Virus record (IMG/VR): IMGVR_UViG_3300042870_001240
DNA: 64,000 nt
Strand: one strand, 5' to 3'
From: a virus
Lineage: Duplodnaviria; Caudoviricetes
Below the pieces are notes generated by a model. The model worked only from the letters and a program-made list of their open reading frames with translations. It ran no database searches and was not told the origin of the DNA. A program made the translations under genes and the position numbers. Positions within the stretch are counted from its first letter, which is position 1. The number at the start of each line of letters is the position of its first letter. Positions 37,893-46,282 of the stretch are shown in pieces.

Positions 37893-38084
37893 GGTATTTT
37901 AGTTTATATATAAATATCACATATAACAAAAAACCCCACCTAAAAATATTTCGATTAAAAGTTGACAGTATAAAAAATAATTCGTAATATTTTGTTGTTG
38001 TTGGTTAACATAAAACCATCTCGTCAAACCCAACGGTTAGACCAATGTGGTCGAGGGTAATTATAAACAATTAAAACTTAAAAA

Positions 38085-39188
38085 ATGAAAAAGTTTAGAG
38101 TACGAATGACTAATGTTTCGACAAGATTAGTTGATGGTGAAACACAAAAATGGCTGACATGTGAGGTGTCACTATCTTCCCTAATAGAAGCAAAAAGAAA
38201 ACTAGGGAAAGAATTATTTTCCGTAAATGTTAGAGGATGTTTATCTAACAGTAAACCAACAAGTCAAGAAAGGAAAAAACCTGTATTCAGAGGTATAATG
38301 AATACAATGGACAAGATAAGAAAAAACCCTGAAAAAGCTTATCTGCAAACTATGGGAAATAATGGTTGTACGATAATGTGTGGTTCTATTGAAAGAATAT
38401 CTGGTGATATCTATGAAATCACATTAACCCATGATTACCATGGAATTGGTAACGGTCAACAAACGATTTATATAACCGAGTGGATTGATACAAATTATCC
38501 AATAAGTAGTGATGTAACCATACTATGTAAAATGGCCATTGGACTTTCAGAGGATGACTGTAACGACATATGTAAGGCAAATAACACAAGTAACAAAATC
38601 GATAAGAAAGATATCAAATCCATAGAGTGGAAAAGAATAAGTATGGAACTTAAAACATTGGGTATAACTTTCAATTATAAAAAAGAAAAAGAAGGTCAAT
38701 ACCATATCGACATCTGTGCTGAAAATTACTATAATATGATTGGGGCATATTTCACAAACAAACCTTGGGTAAACGGCCAAGAAGTGGTCGATAAAATTAA
38801 ACCTAACATCATATCAGGAAAAGAGATGATTGAAATGGATAGGGTAAAGAAAATAATTGATGATTGGTTTGAAACCAATGATAATGAGGTTAAAAAACAT
38901 AGTAATAAAATGGATACTACAAGAATGGGTTATTTAAAGAACATTATGATTTCATTATACACGGATGTTAAGATACAAGCAAGAGTAAAACCATTTATAA
39001 AAAAATACGGAGATGTTAAATTTTTTGAACTAATCTTTAAAGTTGTTATAAACACCATAGAAGAAAACGAAACAACTAAAGTATCGTCAAATTATTTTAA
39101 TAAAAAAACATACGAATTATTAAGTAAATCTATTGAAGTAGAAATTTTAGAATCAGAAATTTTAAAATCAGAAACGGTCTTAGTTTAA
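38085..39188 (+). CDS. AIPR-like (ParB/Srx-fold) protein
   Basis: LFSVNVRG, NNGCTI, IGNGQQT, NNTSNKI..KD motifs in AIPR order. Confidence 0.7.
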   Translation: MKKFRVRMTNVSTRLVDGETQKWLTCEVSLSSLIEAKRKLGKELFSVNVRGCLSNSKPTSQERKKPVFRGIMNTMDKIRKNPEKAYLQTMGNNGCTIMCGSIERISGDIYEITLTHDYHGIGNGQQTIYITEWIDTNYPISSDVTILCKMAIGLSEDDCNDICKANNTSNKIDKKDIKSIEWKRISMELKTLGITFNYKKEKEGQYHIDICAENYYNMIGAYFTNKPWVNGQEVVDKIKPNIISGKEMIEMDRVKKIIDDWFETNDNEVKKHSNKMDTTRMGYLKNIMISLYTDVKIQARVKPFIKKYGDVKFFELIFKVVINTIEENETTKVSSNYFNKKTYELLSKSIEVEILESEILKSETVLV

Positions 39189-39391
39189 TTGTAATAAATT
39201 TCCCCCTAACTAATATAGGGGAATTTTTCCAGAAATTTTATTTTACATATAGAGAACATTTTAAAACAAGGGGTCGTGTTTCTATATACATGGGGGAATT
39301 TTTCCAAAAATTTCTATAAACATTTTTTCATACAAATATTTCATTTAAGGGATTATCCCCCCTTTTGACACCCCAAAAACCACTATATGGA

Positions 39392-39416
39392 GGGGGGATA
39401 CGGGGGAGGGAGGGGG
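39392..39416 (+). other. G-quadruplex-forming motif
   Basis: GGGGGG-ATAC-GGGGG-A-GGG-A-GGGGG. Confidence 0.7.
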
Positions 39417-39603
39417 TACCTACCCCATATAGGGGGGTATAGAGGGGACCTCCCCCCATAAACGAGACGGGACACTATAGGGTCCTCCCCTGTCTGTAAT
39501 CTAATGTATGTGGGTGATGTAATTTTGATGACATATACAAGTAATGTTATTAACATGACATAATGACATTGTTAATAAGATTTGTTAATGGGGGAATAAT
39601 ATA

Positions 39604-39635
39604 TTTGTGTATGTTGGGGATTGTATGTATCTTTG
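39604..39635 (+). promoter_or_regulatory. Bacteroidota sigma70-type promoter
   Basis: TTTG (39604-39607)-N20-TATCTTTG (39628-39635). Confidence 0.75.
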
Positions 39636-39640
39636 TATTG

Positions 39641-39775
39641 TCAGTGGTTAAGTCCGAGACGGGTTCGACAAGGGGGTTGTCGCAGAGGGTGTACTCCAAC
39701 CTGCTTATATGTTTACTTAAAACCAAACCATAAGGCAGGCTGGAGTATACTCGGTCCCCATCTTCTGAATGGTCA
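39641..39775. ncRNA. Candidate structured RNA between convergent promoters
   Basis: CGACAA-GGGGG-TTGTCG (39666-39682) and a ~21-bp stem pairing 39687-39708 with 39730-39752. Confidence 0.55.
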
Positions 39776-39780
39776 CAACA

Positions 39781-39812
39781 CAAAGATACAAAAAAGATTT
39801 GATAGATACAAA
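39781..39812 (-). promoter_or_regulatory. Bacteroidota sigma70-type promoter facing the 39604 promoter
   Basis: On the minus strand, TTTG (39812-39809)-N20-TATCTTTG (39788-39781). Confidence 0.75.
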
Positions 39813-39847
39813 TTGTTTATTTAGAATATTATCCCTATCTTCGTATA

Positions 39848-40285
39848 ATGTTTATACAACTTATATCACATATAGAGAATCGGATTAAGTATAACAACTA
39901 CTCATCCGTGATTAATTTAACCAACAAGGAACGTAGGGACCTTGCCAAGTTCTGTCTTGAATATTGTATTGAAGTTATCGGTCAACCTAAGAAGAAAGGA
40001 ATCCCCAAGTTCAATATCGTTAAGACCAAGAAACCTTATTATGGGGAATATGTTAGCGAACATGAAAAGATATGCGTATTTTATAATCAATGTAAAACCA
40101 TTGGCACCTTCATCAGCACATTCATTCATGAATATACCCACCATACCCAAAACCTTAATAAGTATGATAAGGTATTATCCAAAGTTGGGTATGATAATCA
40201 CCCCAAAGAGATTGAAGCAAACAACATGGCAAAGTTATATAAACAACCATGCCTTGAAGCATTCCGTAAATCAATCCAATATTAA
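39848..40285 (+). CDS. HExxH metallopeptidase-like protein
   Basis: FIHEYTHHTQ...HPKEIEAN. Confidence 0.7.
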   Translation: MFIQLISHIENRIKYNNYSSVINLTNKERRDLAKFCLEYCIEVIGQPKKKGIPKFNIVKTKKPYYGEYVSEHEKICVFYNQCKTIGTFISTFIHEYTHHTQNLNKYDKVLSKVGYDNHPKEIEANNMAKLYKQPCLEAFRKSIQY

Positions 40286-40593
40286 ATTATCCCCCTAACA
40301 TGTTCCCGTATCACCTGTAACGAATGTTCCCTAATATACATCTGTAAATCATTATGGTCATCACTAGATAATGGATACTCCTTATGGATATACTCTATCA
40401 CATCCCCCATGTCAGTCTCCGTTAATAACAATACAGATTGGGGTTGAAGTCTACTCATCCCACTTTTTCCAACATACTTACACGTCCCCTCAAATAAACC
40501 ATGACCATATGTCACAATATAACACCCATCACTCTCCGTGATGACCGTTGAAAACTTTTTTAGTACACTTTCGTACATCTCTTTTCTACCCAT
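40282..40593 (-). CDS. Hypothetical protein
   Basis: ORF track. Confidence 0.6.
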   Translation of the reverse strand: MGRKEMYESVLKKFSTVITESDGCYIVTYGHGLFEGTCKYVGKSGMSRLQPQSVLLLTETDMGDVIEYIHKEYPLSSDDHNDLQMYIREHSLQVIREHVRGII

Positions 40594-40662
40594 AATTGTT
40601 GATAACTTTTTTTATAAATCCCTCCTGACACTATGACAGAGGGGAATTGTTGATAACTTTTT
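40594..40662. repeat. Two AATTGTTGATAACTTTT repeats (DnaA-box-like) flanking a TGACA box
   Basis: At 40594 and 40645; TTATCAACA is one mismatch from TTATCCACA. Confidence 0.6.
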
Positions 40663-40907
40663 ATTAAATAAATATGTTAAAATATTTGGAATTGTCATTT
40701 TGTCAGTCACGCTTGACAATGGGGATAATCCCCCTCACCACCTTTTTTATATATTTTTTCCCACCTTTTCCCACCGATAATGGTCATAATAATATTGTAA
40801 TGTCACTTTTTTCCCTCTGTAGGGGTCTACAAGACCAATAAATTCACTATAGGTAAATCCCAGCTAATTATGTTCTTAAGAGTACACTAAGCGGTGAAAC
40901 ACGTAGT

Positions 40908-40980
40908 GTGTTAGAAACTAACACCCGATTACCATGAGATGTGTTAGAAACTAACACTTGATTTTCATGAGATGTGTTAG
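40908..40980. repeat. Iteron-like 33-bp tandem repeat with the palindrome GTGTTAG-AAA-CTAACAC
   Basis: Units start at 40908, 40941 and 40974 (partial). Confidence 0.85.
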
Positions 40981-41132
40981 GATAATATCTTCAACGACCA
41001 CTTTAGTGGGACATTATACTCCCCACCATAATGACATACCATAACAAATTATAGGTAAGTTCTTTTAATAGTTAAAGAGAAACATCATTTATGATGAACA
41101 TGGTAACTACCATATAACTAACTCTATGGGAA

Positions 41133-41183
41133 TATAAGGTTATAACCTTATAATCACCCATTATAAGGTCCTGACCTTATAAT
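41133..41183. promoter_or_regulatory. Two tandem palindromes TATAAGGT-N4-ACCTTATA
   Basis: 41133-41152 (perfect 20-bp palindrome) and 41162-41181. Confidence 0.8.
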
Positions 41184-41452
41184 TTGATTATCTCATCTAT
41201 ACAATATTTTTCCACCATAACAATTTACCAATATGTCACCATAACAATGGGGAAATTATATGTAATGACGTATACCTTACTGTTGCACCCTCATATTTAA
41301 TATGTATCTACATATAATGGGGACCTGATATAAATGGGGGAATATGATTATGAAGGAATACCGTAGTGAATGAAATGAACGGGAGGGATGAGTGAGTAAT
41401 TATATTCTCTCATTTATTGTATAACTAAAATATTATTATTATCTTTGTGATT

Positions 41453-41989
41453 ATGGTTAGTGGTAGATTAAAGGATTTGATATTTAAGAAACTGTATAAA
41501 GATTTATCTCATGTAGAAATTATTGAGTATAAGGGTGAGATATGGTTTATTGATAGAAAGGAAAAGTTTTGGTATTTTATATATACTAAGTCTAATGGTC
41601 AGATGTGGTGGAGATATTCTTTCTTTACTCCTTTCTTTCTTCTTTTCTCTTTACCCTCTGATGAATTTACTCACATTCTTTCTTCTTGGGTGGAAGAGGT
41701 CTTAAATTGTAAGGTGACCACAACACTCAAGGTGGCTAATGTTAGGGAAGTTATGGTGGAAGAGGTCTTAAATTGTAAGGTGACTGAAACAGAAACCGTT
41801 ATTAATGGCTACCCCCTATCGGTGGAAGAGGTCCTAAATTGTAGGGTGACTACAACAATGGTGTCTATTGCTTCTTTACCAAAATCGGTGGAAGATGTCC
41901 TAAATTGTAGGGTGACTACAACAATGATAGACAGAGGTATTCCACGTCATGAGGTGGAAGAGGTTTTAAATAATAATATAAATAAATAA
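41453..41989 (+). CDS. Repeat-array protein B
   Basis: Same N-terminal domain as protein A; TATCTTTG promoter at 41440-41447. Confidence 0.85.
   Translation: MVSGRLKDLIFKKLYKDLSHVEIIEYKGEIWFIDRKEKFWYFIYTKSNGQMWWRYSFFTPFFLLFSLPSDEFTHILSSWVEEVLNCKVTTTLKVANVREVMVEEVLNCKVTETETVINGYPLSVEEVLNCRVTTTMVSIASLPKSVEDVLNCRVTTTMIDRGIPRHEVEEVLNNNINK
41689..41974 (+). repeat. In-frame array B: 36-nt repeats with 30-nt spacers
   Basis: Repeats start at 41689, 41755, 41821, 41887 and 41953 (partial); period 66. Confidence 0.95.
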
Positions 41990-41992
41990 GAT

Positions 41993-42688
41993 ATGGTTAG
42001 TGATAGATTAAAGGATTTGATATTTAAGAAACTGTATAAAGATTTATCTCGTGTAGAGATTATTCATTATAAAACTTATATATGGTTTATCGATAGAGAG
42101 GATAAGTGTTGGTATTTCAGGTATGATAAATCTGACGGCACACTCTTATGGAGATATTATTTCTTCATGGATTTTTTTACCCTCTTTACGATGAGTTCCA
42201 TCGAATTTGTTCCCATCATATCTTCTTGGGTGGAACAGGTTATAAATAATAAGGTAACTATAACTCGCAACAAGATGACTTCATTTCCAGACGATATTGA
42301 AGATGCCTTAAATTGTAAAATGGTGGAAGAGGTAATAAATCATAAGGTTTCATTCGACTTAGGATATTCCATTTCTACCCTTTGTGAGGTGGAAGATGTC
42401 CTAAATCATAAGGTAACTAAACCAGATGGTGTCATTGCACTATATAATCCGATTGAAGAGCATCATAAGGTGGGATTAACTTTAGGACCTTCCCTTCCCC
42501 AATATGAAATGGTGGATGAGGTCCTAAATCATAAGGTAACTAAAACAGATGGAGCGATTGCATGGAGCGGTCCGATAGAAGAGGCTCTAAATAATAAGGT
42601 AAATACGACCGAAGATGAAATAGATAACAACATACGTGACCACCTCCTCAACCTTCAGCTGGCTATACGCCCATCCTACGACAGGTGA
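41993..42688 (+). CDS. Repeat-array protein C (degenerate units)
   Basis: Repeat starts at 42229, 42295, 42322, 42388, 42451, 42511, 42574; the tail is an inverted copy of an array A unit. Confidence 0.85.
   Translation: MVSDRLKDLIFKKLYKDLSRVEIIHYKTYIWFIDREDKCWYFRYDKSDGTLLWRYYFFMDFFTLFTMSSIEFVPIISSWVEQVINNKVTITRNKMTSFPDDIEDALNCKMVEEVINHKVSFDLGYSISTLCEVEDVLNHKVTKPDGVIALYNPIEEHHKVGLTLGPSLPQYEMVDEVLNHKVTKTDGAIAWSGPIEEALNNKVNTTEDEIDNNIRDHLLNLQLAIRPSYDR
42642..42687 (+). repeat. 43/46-nt copy of 35664-35709, antisense to its host gene
   Basis: acctc[c/t]tcaaccttcag[c/t]tggctatacgcccatcctacgacag[g/t]tg. Confidence 0.95.
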
Positions 42689-42693
42689 AGATT

Positions 42694-43437
42694 TTAAACC
42701 ATATTAACTTTATTTTGCCATAACCCAAAAAAATCAGAATTTTTTATTACAATAGACCAACGCTCTATTTCTGATTTTCGATTTGACATATCTATTTCTT
42801 TTCTTGATGATGATGGTAGTTTAATTATGGTAGATAATTCGGAACTTGATAATTTAACATTTGGTGTTAAAAATATTTGTCTCCACATATAAAGGTCACT
42901 CCAAATATTTTTTGGTGCAGGTCTCCATCCAAACTTTAATTTTCTGTATAAATCCATTGTATGGGATGCTCCTGTTAAACTAATTTCATTTTGTTTAGGT
43001 TTTAAGTGATAATCAACCCATTTTTTATCTTTTAAATTAACCCTTGAAACCGTTAAGATATTATTTGGATATACTAAAACAGGTAATGGATGTGTAAAAT
43101 CACTATCAACTAACATATCTCTCATTACCTCAACATGTTTAGATAGTAAAAGGTCATCATCCCCAAGATAAGTAACTATGTCTGATTTTGATTCTGAAAC
43201 TATTCTATGTCTTGCAACTTCATTTCGACTTATTCTTTTTGGCTCATCCTCAAATCTAACTCTATTATCAGTTTTAATTATATCACTAATAACATCTCTT
43301 GTGTCATCAGTAACACCATCACCAATGATTACAATATCCAAATTATCAACCGTTTGGTTTTGAGCACTCTCAACTGAATATTTAAGTGTTGTGGGGTGAT
43401 TATGTGTCGGTATAACCACCATTACAGAATTTGACAT
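42694..43437 (-). CDS. Glycosyltransferase family 2
   Basis: VVIPTHNH..L..SV.SA..Q, IIGDG, YLGDDD. Confidence 0.85.
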   Translation of the reverse strand: MSNSVMVVIPTHNHPTTLKYSVESAQNQTVDNLDIVIIGDGVTDDTRDVISDIIKTDNRVRFEDEPKRISRNEVARHRIVSESKSDIVTYLGDDDLLLSKHVEVMRDMLVDSDFTHPLPVLVYPNNILTVSRVNLKDKKWVDYHLKPKQNEISLTGASHTMDLYRKLKFGWRPAPKNIWSDLYMWRQIFLTPNVKLSSSELSTIIKLPSSSRKEIDMSNRKSEIERWSIVIKNSDFFGLWQNKVNMV

Positions 43438-44001
43438 TTATGTAAATTGACTTGGAAATAATTTAGATAAGTCAATCGGTATTTCCGTTGTATTCCAAGG
43501 TAATAATAACTTATCAGGTGCTTTATGGTTATAAACCGTTGTCGGGTGATTTATTAAAAACGCCTCCGATTCTCCAATATTAATAATACAATGCCACACA
43601 CCTGTAGGTATTTTTAATGATTGATTGCTCTGTCCACCCAAATAAACTTTTTGAATCTTTTCAAAAGTTTTTGATTCAGGTCTAACATCATATAATACCA
43701 CCAACGCTTCACCACTAATTAAAGTATAACGGTCATCCTTATATTCGTGGAGTCCCCAACCTTTAACTTGATTCGCCCGAATACTAAACATATAACAATA
43801 TACAATTGGTTTTTCCCAAAAAATATCATGACCATTTGTTCCAGAACAAATTTCAAATAACCTACCACGATTGTCAACATGAATTGTTGGTTTTAATATT
43901 ATAACATCTTGAATATTTGAAATGATTGGTGTTGAATCATTGCTGGTCGTTTGTTCCTCTTTAATTGCCCTTTTTAAAGATGGATGTATATTGTTTTCCA
44001 T
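43438..44001 (-). CDS. RmlC-like cupin (dTDP-sugar epimerase family)
   Basis: DNRGRLFE, VKGWGLH, IPTGVWH. Confidence 0.8.
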   Translation of the reverse strand: MENNIHPSLKRAIKEEQTTSNDSTPIISNIQDVIILKPTIHVDNRGRLFEICSGTNGHDIFWEKPIVYCYMFSIRANQVKGWGLHEYKDDRYTLISGEALVVLYDVRPESKTFEKIQKVYLGGQSNQSLKIPTGVWHCIINIGESEAFLINHPTTVYNHKAPDKLLLPWNTTEIPIDLSKLFPSQFT

Positions 44002-44005
44002 ATTT

Positions 44006-45598
44006 TTAGTTAAGATAATTTAAATCTTCATCCTCTTCTAACCCATTGTAGGCGTAAGTTTGGAAGTTAGCGTTTGTATCAACCCAAGCCATTGACCTGA
44101 ATGTAACACCATCATTAATCCTAAGTTTCTCTATCTCTAATTGTTTTAACTTATGATGTAATTCTTTTTTTATAAGTTGGATTTCTTTATCTTTGGAGTA
44201 TGCTAAATTTTCTGATTCATCGGTATCATTAATTAAATCATATAATTCATACTGAGTCTCGTAACTATTTAATGCGTCAAAATAATAAGTATACTTCCAT
44301 CCTTTAGTACGAATGGTTCTTAATCTATTACAAGTTTTAACTGATGACGATAAATTGTTTGACCCTGATTTAGTATCATCAAATGTGAATAGGATTTCAT
44401 TTTGTGCTGGTTCGTTATTCTCGATAATTGGTAGTAAGTTTACACCTCTACAATCAGATGGAACAGGAAGATTAACAAAATTAGATAACGTTGGTAATAT
44501 ATCAATTAACGTAGCAAGTTCGTGGGATGATTTATGTTTCAATGTTGTTGGAAATACAACAGGGTTTGATATGACCATTGGTATTCTAATTGCTTCCTCA
44601 TAAGCAACGAACGCTTTTTGTCTCATTCCACCATGTGACATTCCCATTTCTCCATGGTCTGCCAATCTAATAACGATGGCATCATTTGCCAAGTTAATAC
44701 CATCTTCTTTATTATATAGAACATCAATTACTTTACCTATCTCACCATCAATCTTTTTAAGTAGGAACGCATAAAAGTTTAAGTAATCTAACTTCATATC
44801 ATCATTCTTTAATACCCCTAATAGACCATCTGCGGCAATATTTGTTTGGAATTGGGCAATAGGTTTTGCGTTTTCTATTAAATTTTCATTCACAGTTGTT
44901 GGTAGATTTGGAATGTCTCTTCCTGTATAGTCAGGCTCATTATATCCATACTGTATTGAGTTTGGATATCCTAACACATCATGCGGATTAACTAAACTTA
45001 ACACTATACAATATGGTTGCATGTCACCATTTTTTCTTCTAACTTTAACTTGTTCAAGATATTCCATGGTCTGTTCGATATACATGGCATCATGATTGGC
45101 AAATCCTCCACCAAAATTTTCGGGTTTCGCGTCTTCGCCAGCGTCAGGACCAACCCATCCTTTAAATCCAAATAGTGCTATGTCTTTTGCTAATGGGTCA
45201 CCACCATCGGTGCCCTTACTAAGATGCCATTTTCCTCTGTATTGAACATCATAACCAATACCATCCAATATTCTTCCTATATTTGGTGTTTGGTTATTTA
45301 ATTGTGGTTCTACAGGTGAAAAAACACCTCCTGATGTTAATGTTTGTGTTACTTGATGTTGAGCAGGATAAGTTCCTGTGAACAATGTTGAGCGGCTAGG
45401 AGAACACATACAACTGTTACAAAAAGCTCTTTCAAAACTAAATCCATTTTCTTTTAAAAAGGTTAGTGTTGGTAGATTTTCTTTTTCCCAATTGTCAGGA
45501 AAATGTTGTGTGGCTCTTTCTTGGTCGGTGATGATAAATATAATATCTGGTTGAGTAGGTAACTCAGATAAATTTTGTTTAAAGTTATTTTGTTTCAT
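44006..45598 (-). CDS. Cys-type (formylglycine-dependent) sulfatase
   Basis: IFIITDQ, CSPSRSTLFTG, GKWH, DHGEM, YEE.IRIP; no signal peptide. Confidence 0.92.
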   Translation of the reverse strand: MKQNNFKQNLSELPTQPDIIFIITDQERATQHFPDNWEKENLPTLTFLKENGFSFERAFCNSCMCSPSRSTLFTGTYPAQHQVTQTLTSGGVFSPVEPQLNNQTPNIGRILDGIGYDVQYRGKWHLSKGTDGGDPLAKDIALFGFKGWVGPDAGEDAKPENFGGGFANHDAMYIEQTMEYLEQVKVRRKNGDMQPYCIVLSLVNPHDVLGYPNSIQYGYNEPDYTGRDIPNLPTTVNENLIENAKPIAQFQTNIAADGLLGVLKNDDMKLDYLNFYAFLLKKIDGEIGKVIDVLYNKEDGINLANDAIVIRLADHGEMGMSHGGMRQKAFVAYEEAIRIPMVISNPVVFPTTLKHKSSHELATLIDILPTLSNFVNLPVPSDCRGVNLLPIIENNEPAQNEILFTFDDTKSGSNNLSSSVKTCNRLRTIRTKGWKYTYYFDALNSYETQYELYDLINDTDESENLAYSKDKEIQLIKKELHHKLKQLEIEKLRINDGVTFRSMAWVDTNANFQTYAYNGLEEDEDLNYLN

Positions 45599-45674
45599 TT
45601 TTCTTTTTTAAAAAAAATAATCCAACATAAACTATTATAAAGTATTTAATAATTTTTATTATATATTTATTTAT

Positions 45675-45986
45675 ATGTCAAAAGAACACCAATTAGATAA
45701 TATTGAAGAACAACTTGAGAAATTTCTTAATAAGATGATTCCTATTAAATACCCTGAGGTTAATACTATTATTGTTATAGGTAAAAAGTTTTGGTCTGAC
45801 GGTAATTTTAGATATGACATTAATGTTAATCCCACCTTTGATGGTGTTAAGAAATTAAACAAGAATCCTGAGTTTGAACATGAACTATTAGAATATATCG
45901 AGAATATCTCTCAGTTCGGGACTAAAATGTTCAATACCACTAACACTAAACATTATGTCAATGATGTTAAATTGTTTTGGGATTAA
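45675..45986 (+). CDS. Hypothetical protein
   Basis: TATTTAT upstream. Confidence 0.7.
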   Translation: MSKEHQLDNIEEQLEKFLNKMIPIKYPEVNTIIVIGKKFWSDGNFRYDINVNPTFDGVKKLNKNPEFEHELLEYIENISQFGTKMFNTTNTKHYVNDVKLFWD

Positions 45987-46258
45987 TTACCCCGTGCTGA
46001 TTTAAGAATAACCTCTAACATCTGAATTTTCTCCCTGTCGGCCTTGGTCTTTTTTACCTTACCCTTAAGATAGTTAATTGCGTCCATAATCTCATCCCTC
46101 TTATTATTAACGGGTTTTGGTTTAACAATCACCTTATTCTCTTTTACCTTAACTACCTCGGTGGTTTCATTACCGAATAGGGTATCCATCGCCTTAGTGA
46201 TACGAGTTCTGTCATCCACAAATAACCATAAGAAAATATGTATAAGTAATTTATCCAT
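45983..46258 (-). CDS. Hypothetical protein
   Basis: TATCTTTA promoter-like site upstream. Confidence 0.65.
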   Translation of the reverse strand: MDKLLIHIFLWLFVDDRTRITKAMDTLFGNETTEVVKVKENKVIVKPKPVNNKRDEIMDAINYLKGKVKKTKADREKIQMLEVILKSARGN

Positions 46259-46282
46259 AAAATAAAGATACGGATTTTTTCT

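Noticed and set aside
39641-39670. tRNA or tmRNA fragment (AGTGGTTAAG and GGGTTCGAC resemble D- and T-loops)
   Set aside because: No acceptor stem, T-stem pairing, anticodon arm or CCA end. I found no tRNA or rRNA gene in the window.
39550-39824. ORFs 39550-39783(-) and 39621-39824(+)
   Set aside because: Their start codons overlap or lie upstream of the promoter boxes, their composition is atypical, and they span a hairpin cassette.
35594-41974. Annotating arrays A and B as bona fide CRISPR arrays
   Set aside because: There are no cas genes in the window, the arrays are fully in frame, most repeat changes are synonymous, and a paralog keeps the period with a different sequence. They are reported as repeats with a CRISPR-like hypothesis.
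35664-42687. Diversity-generating retroelement (TR/VR pair)
   Set aside because: No reverse transcriptase or Avd in the window, only three adenine mismatches, the copy is antisense, and the spacers differ at all base types.
42684-42705. Degenerate forward repeat after the inverted spacer (ggtgaagattttaaaccat)
   Set aside because: Most of the resemblance lies in the 3' end of the neighbouring GT2 gene and is probably coincidental.
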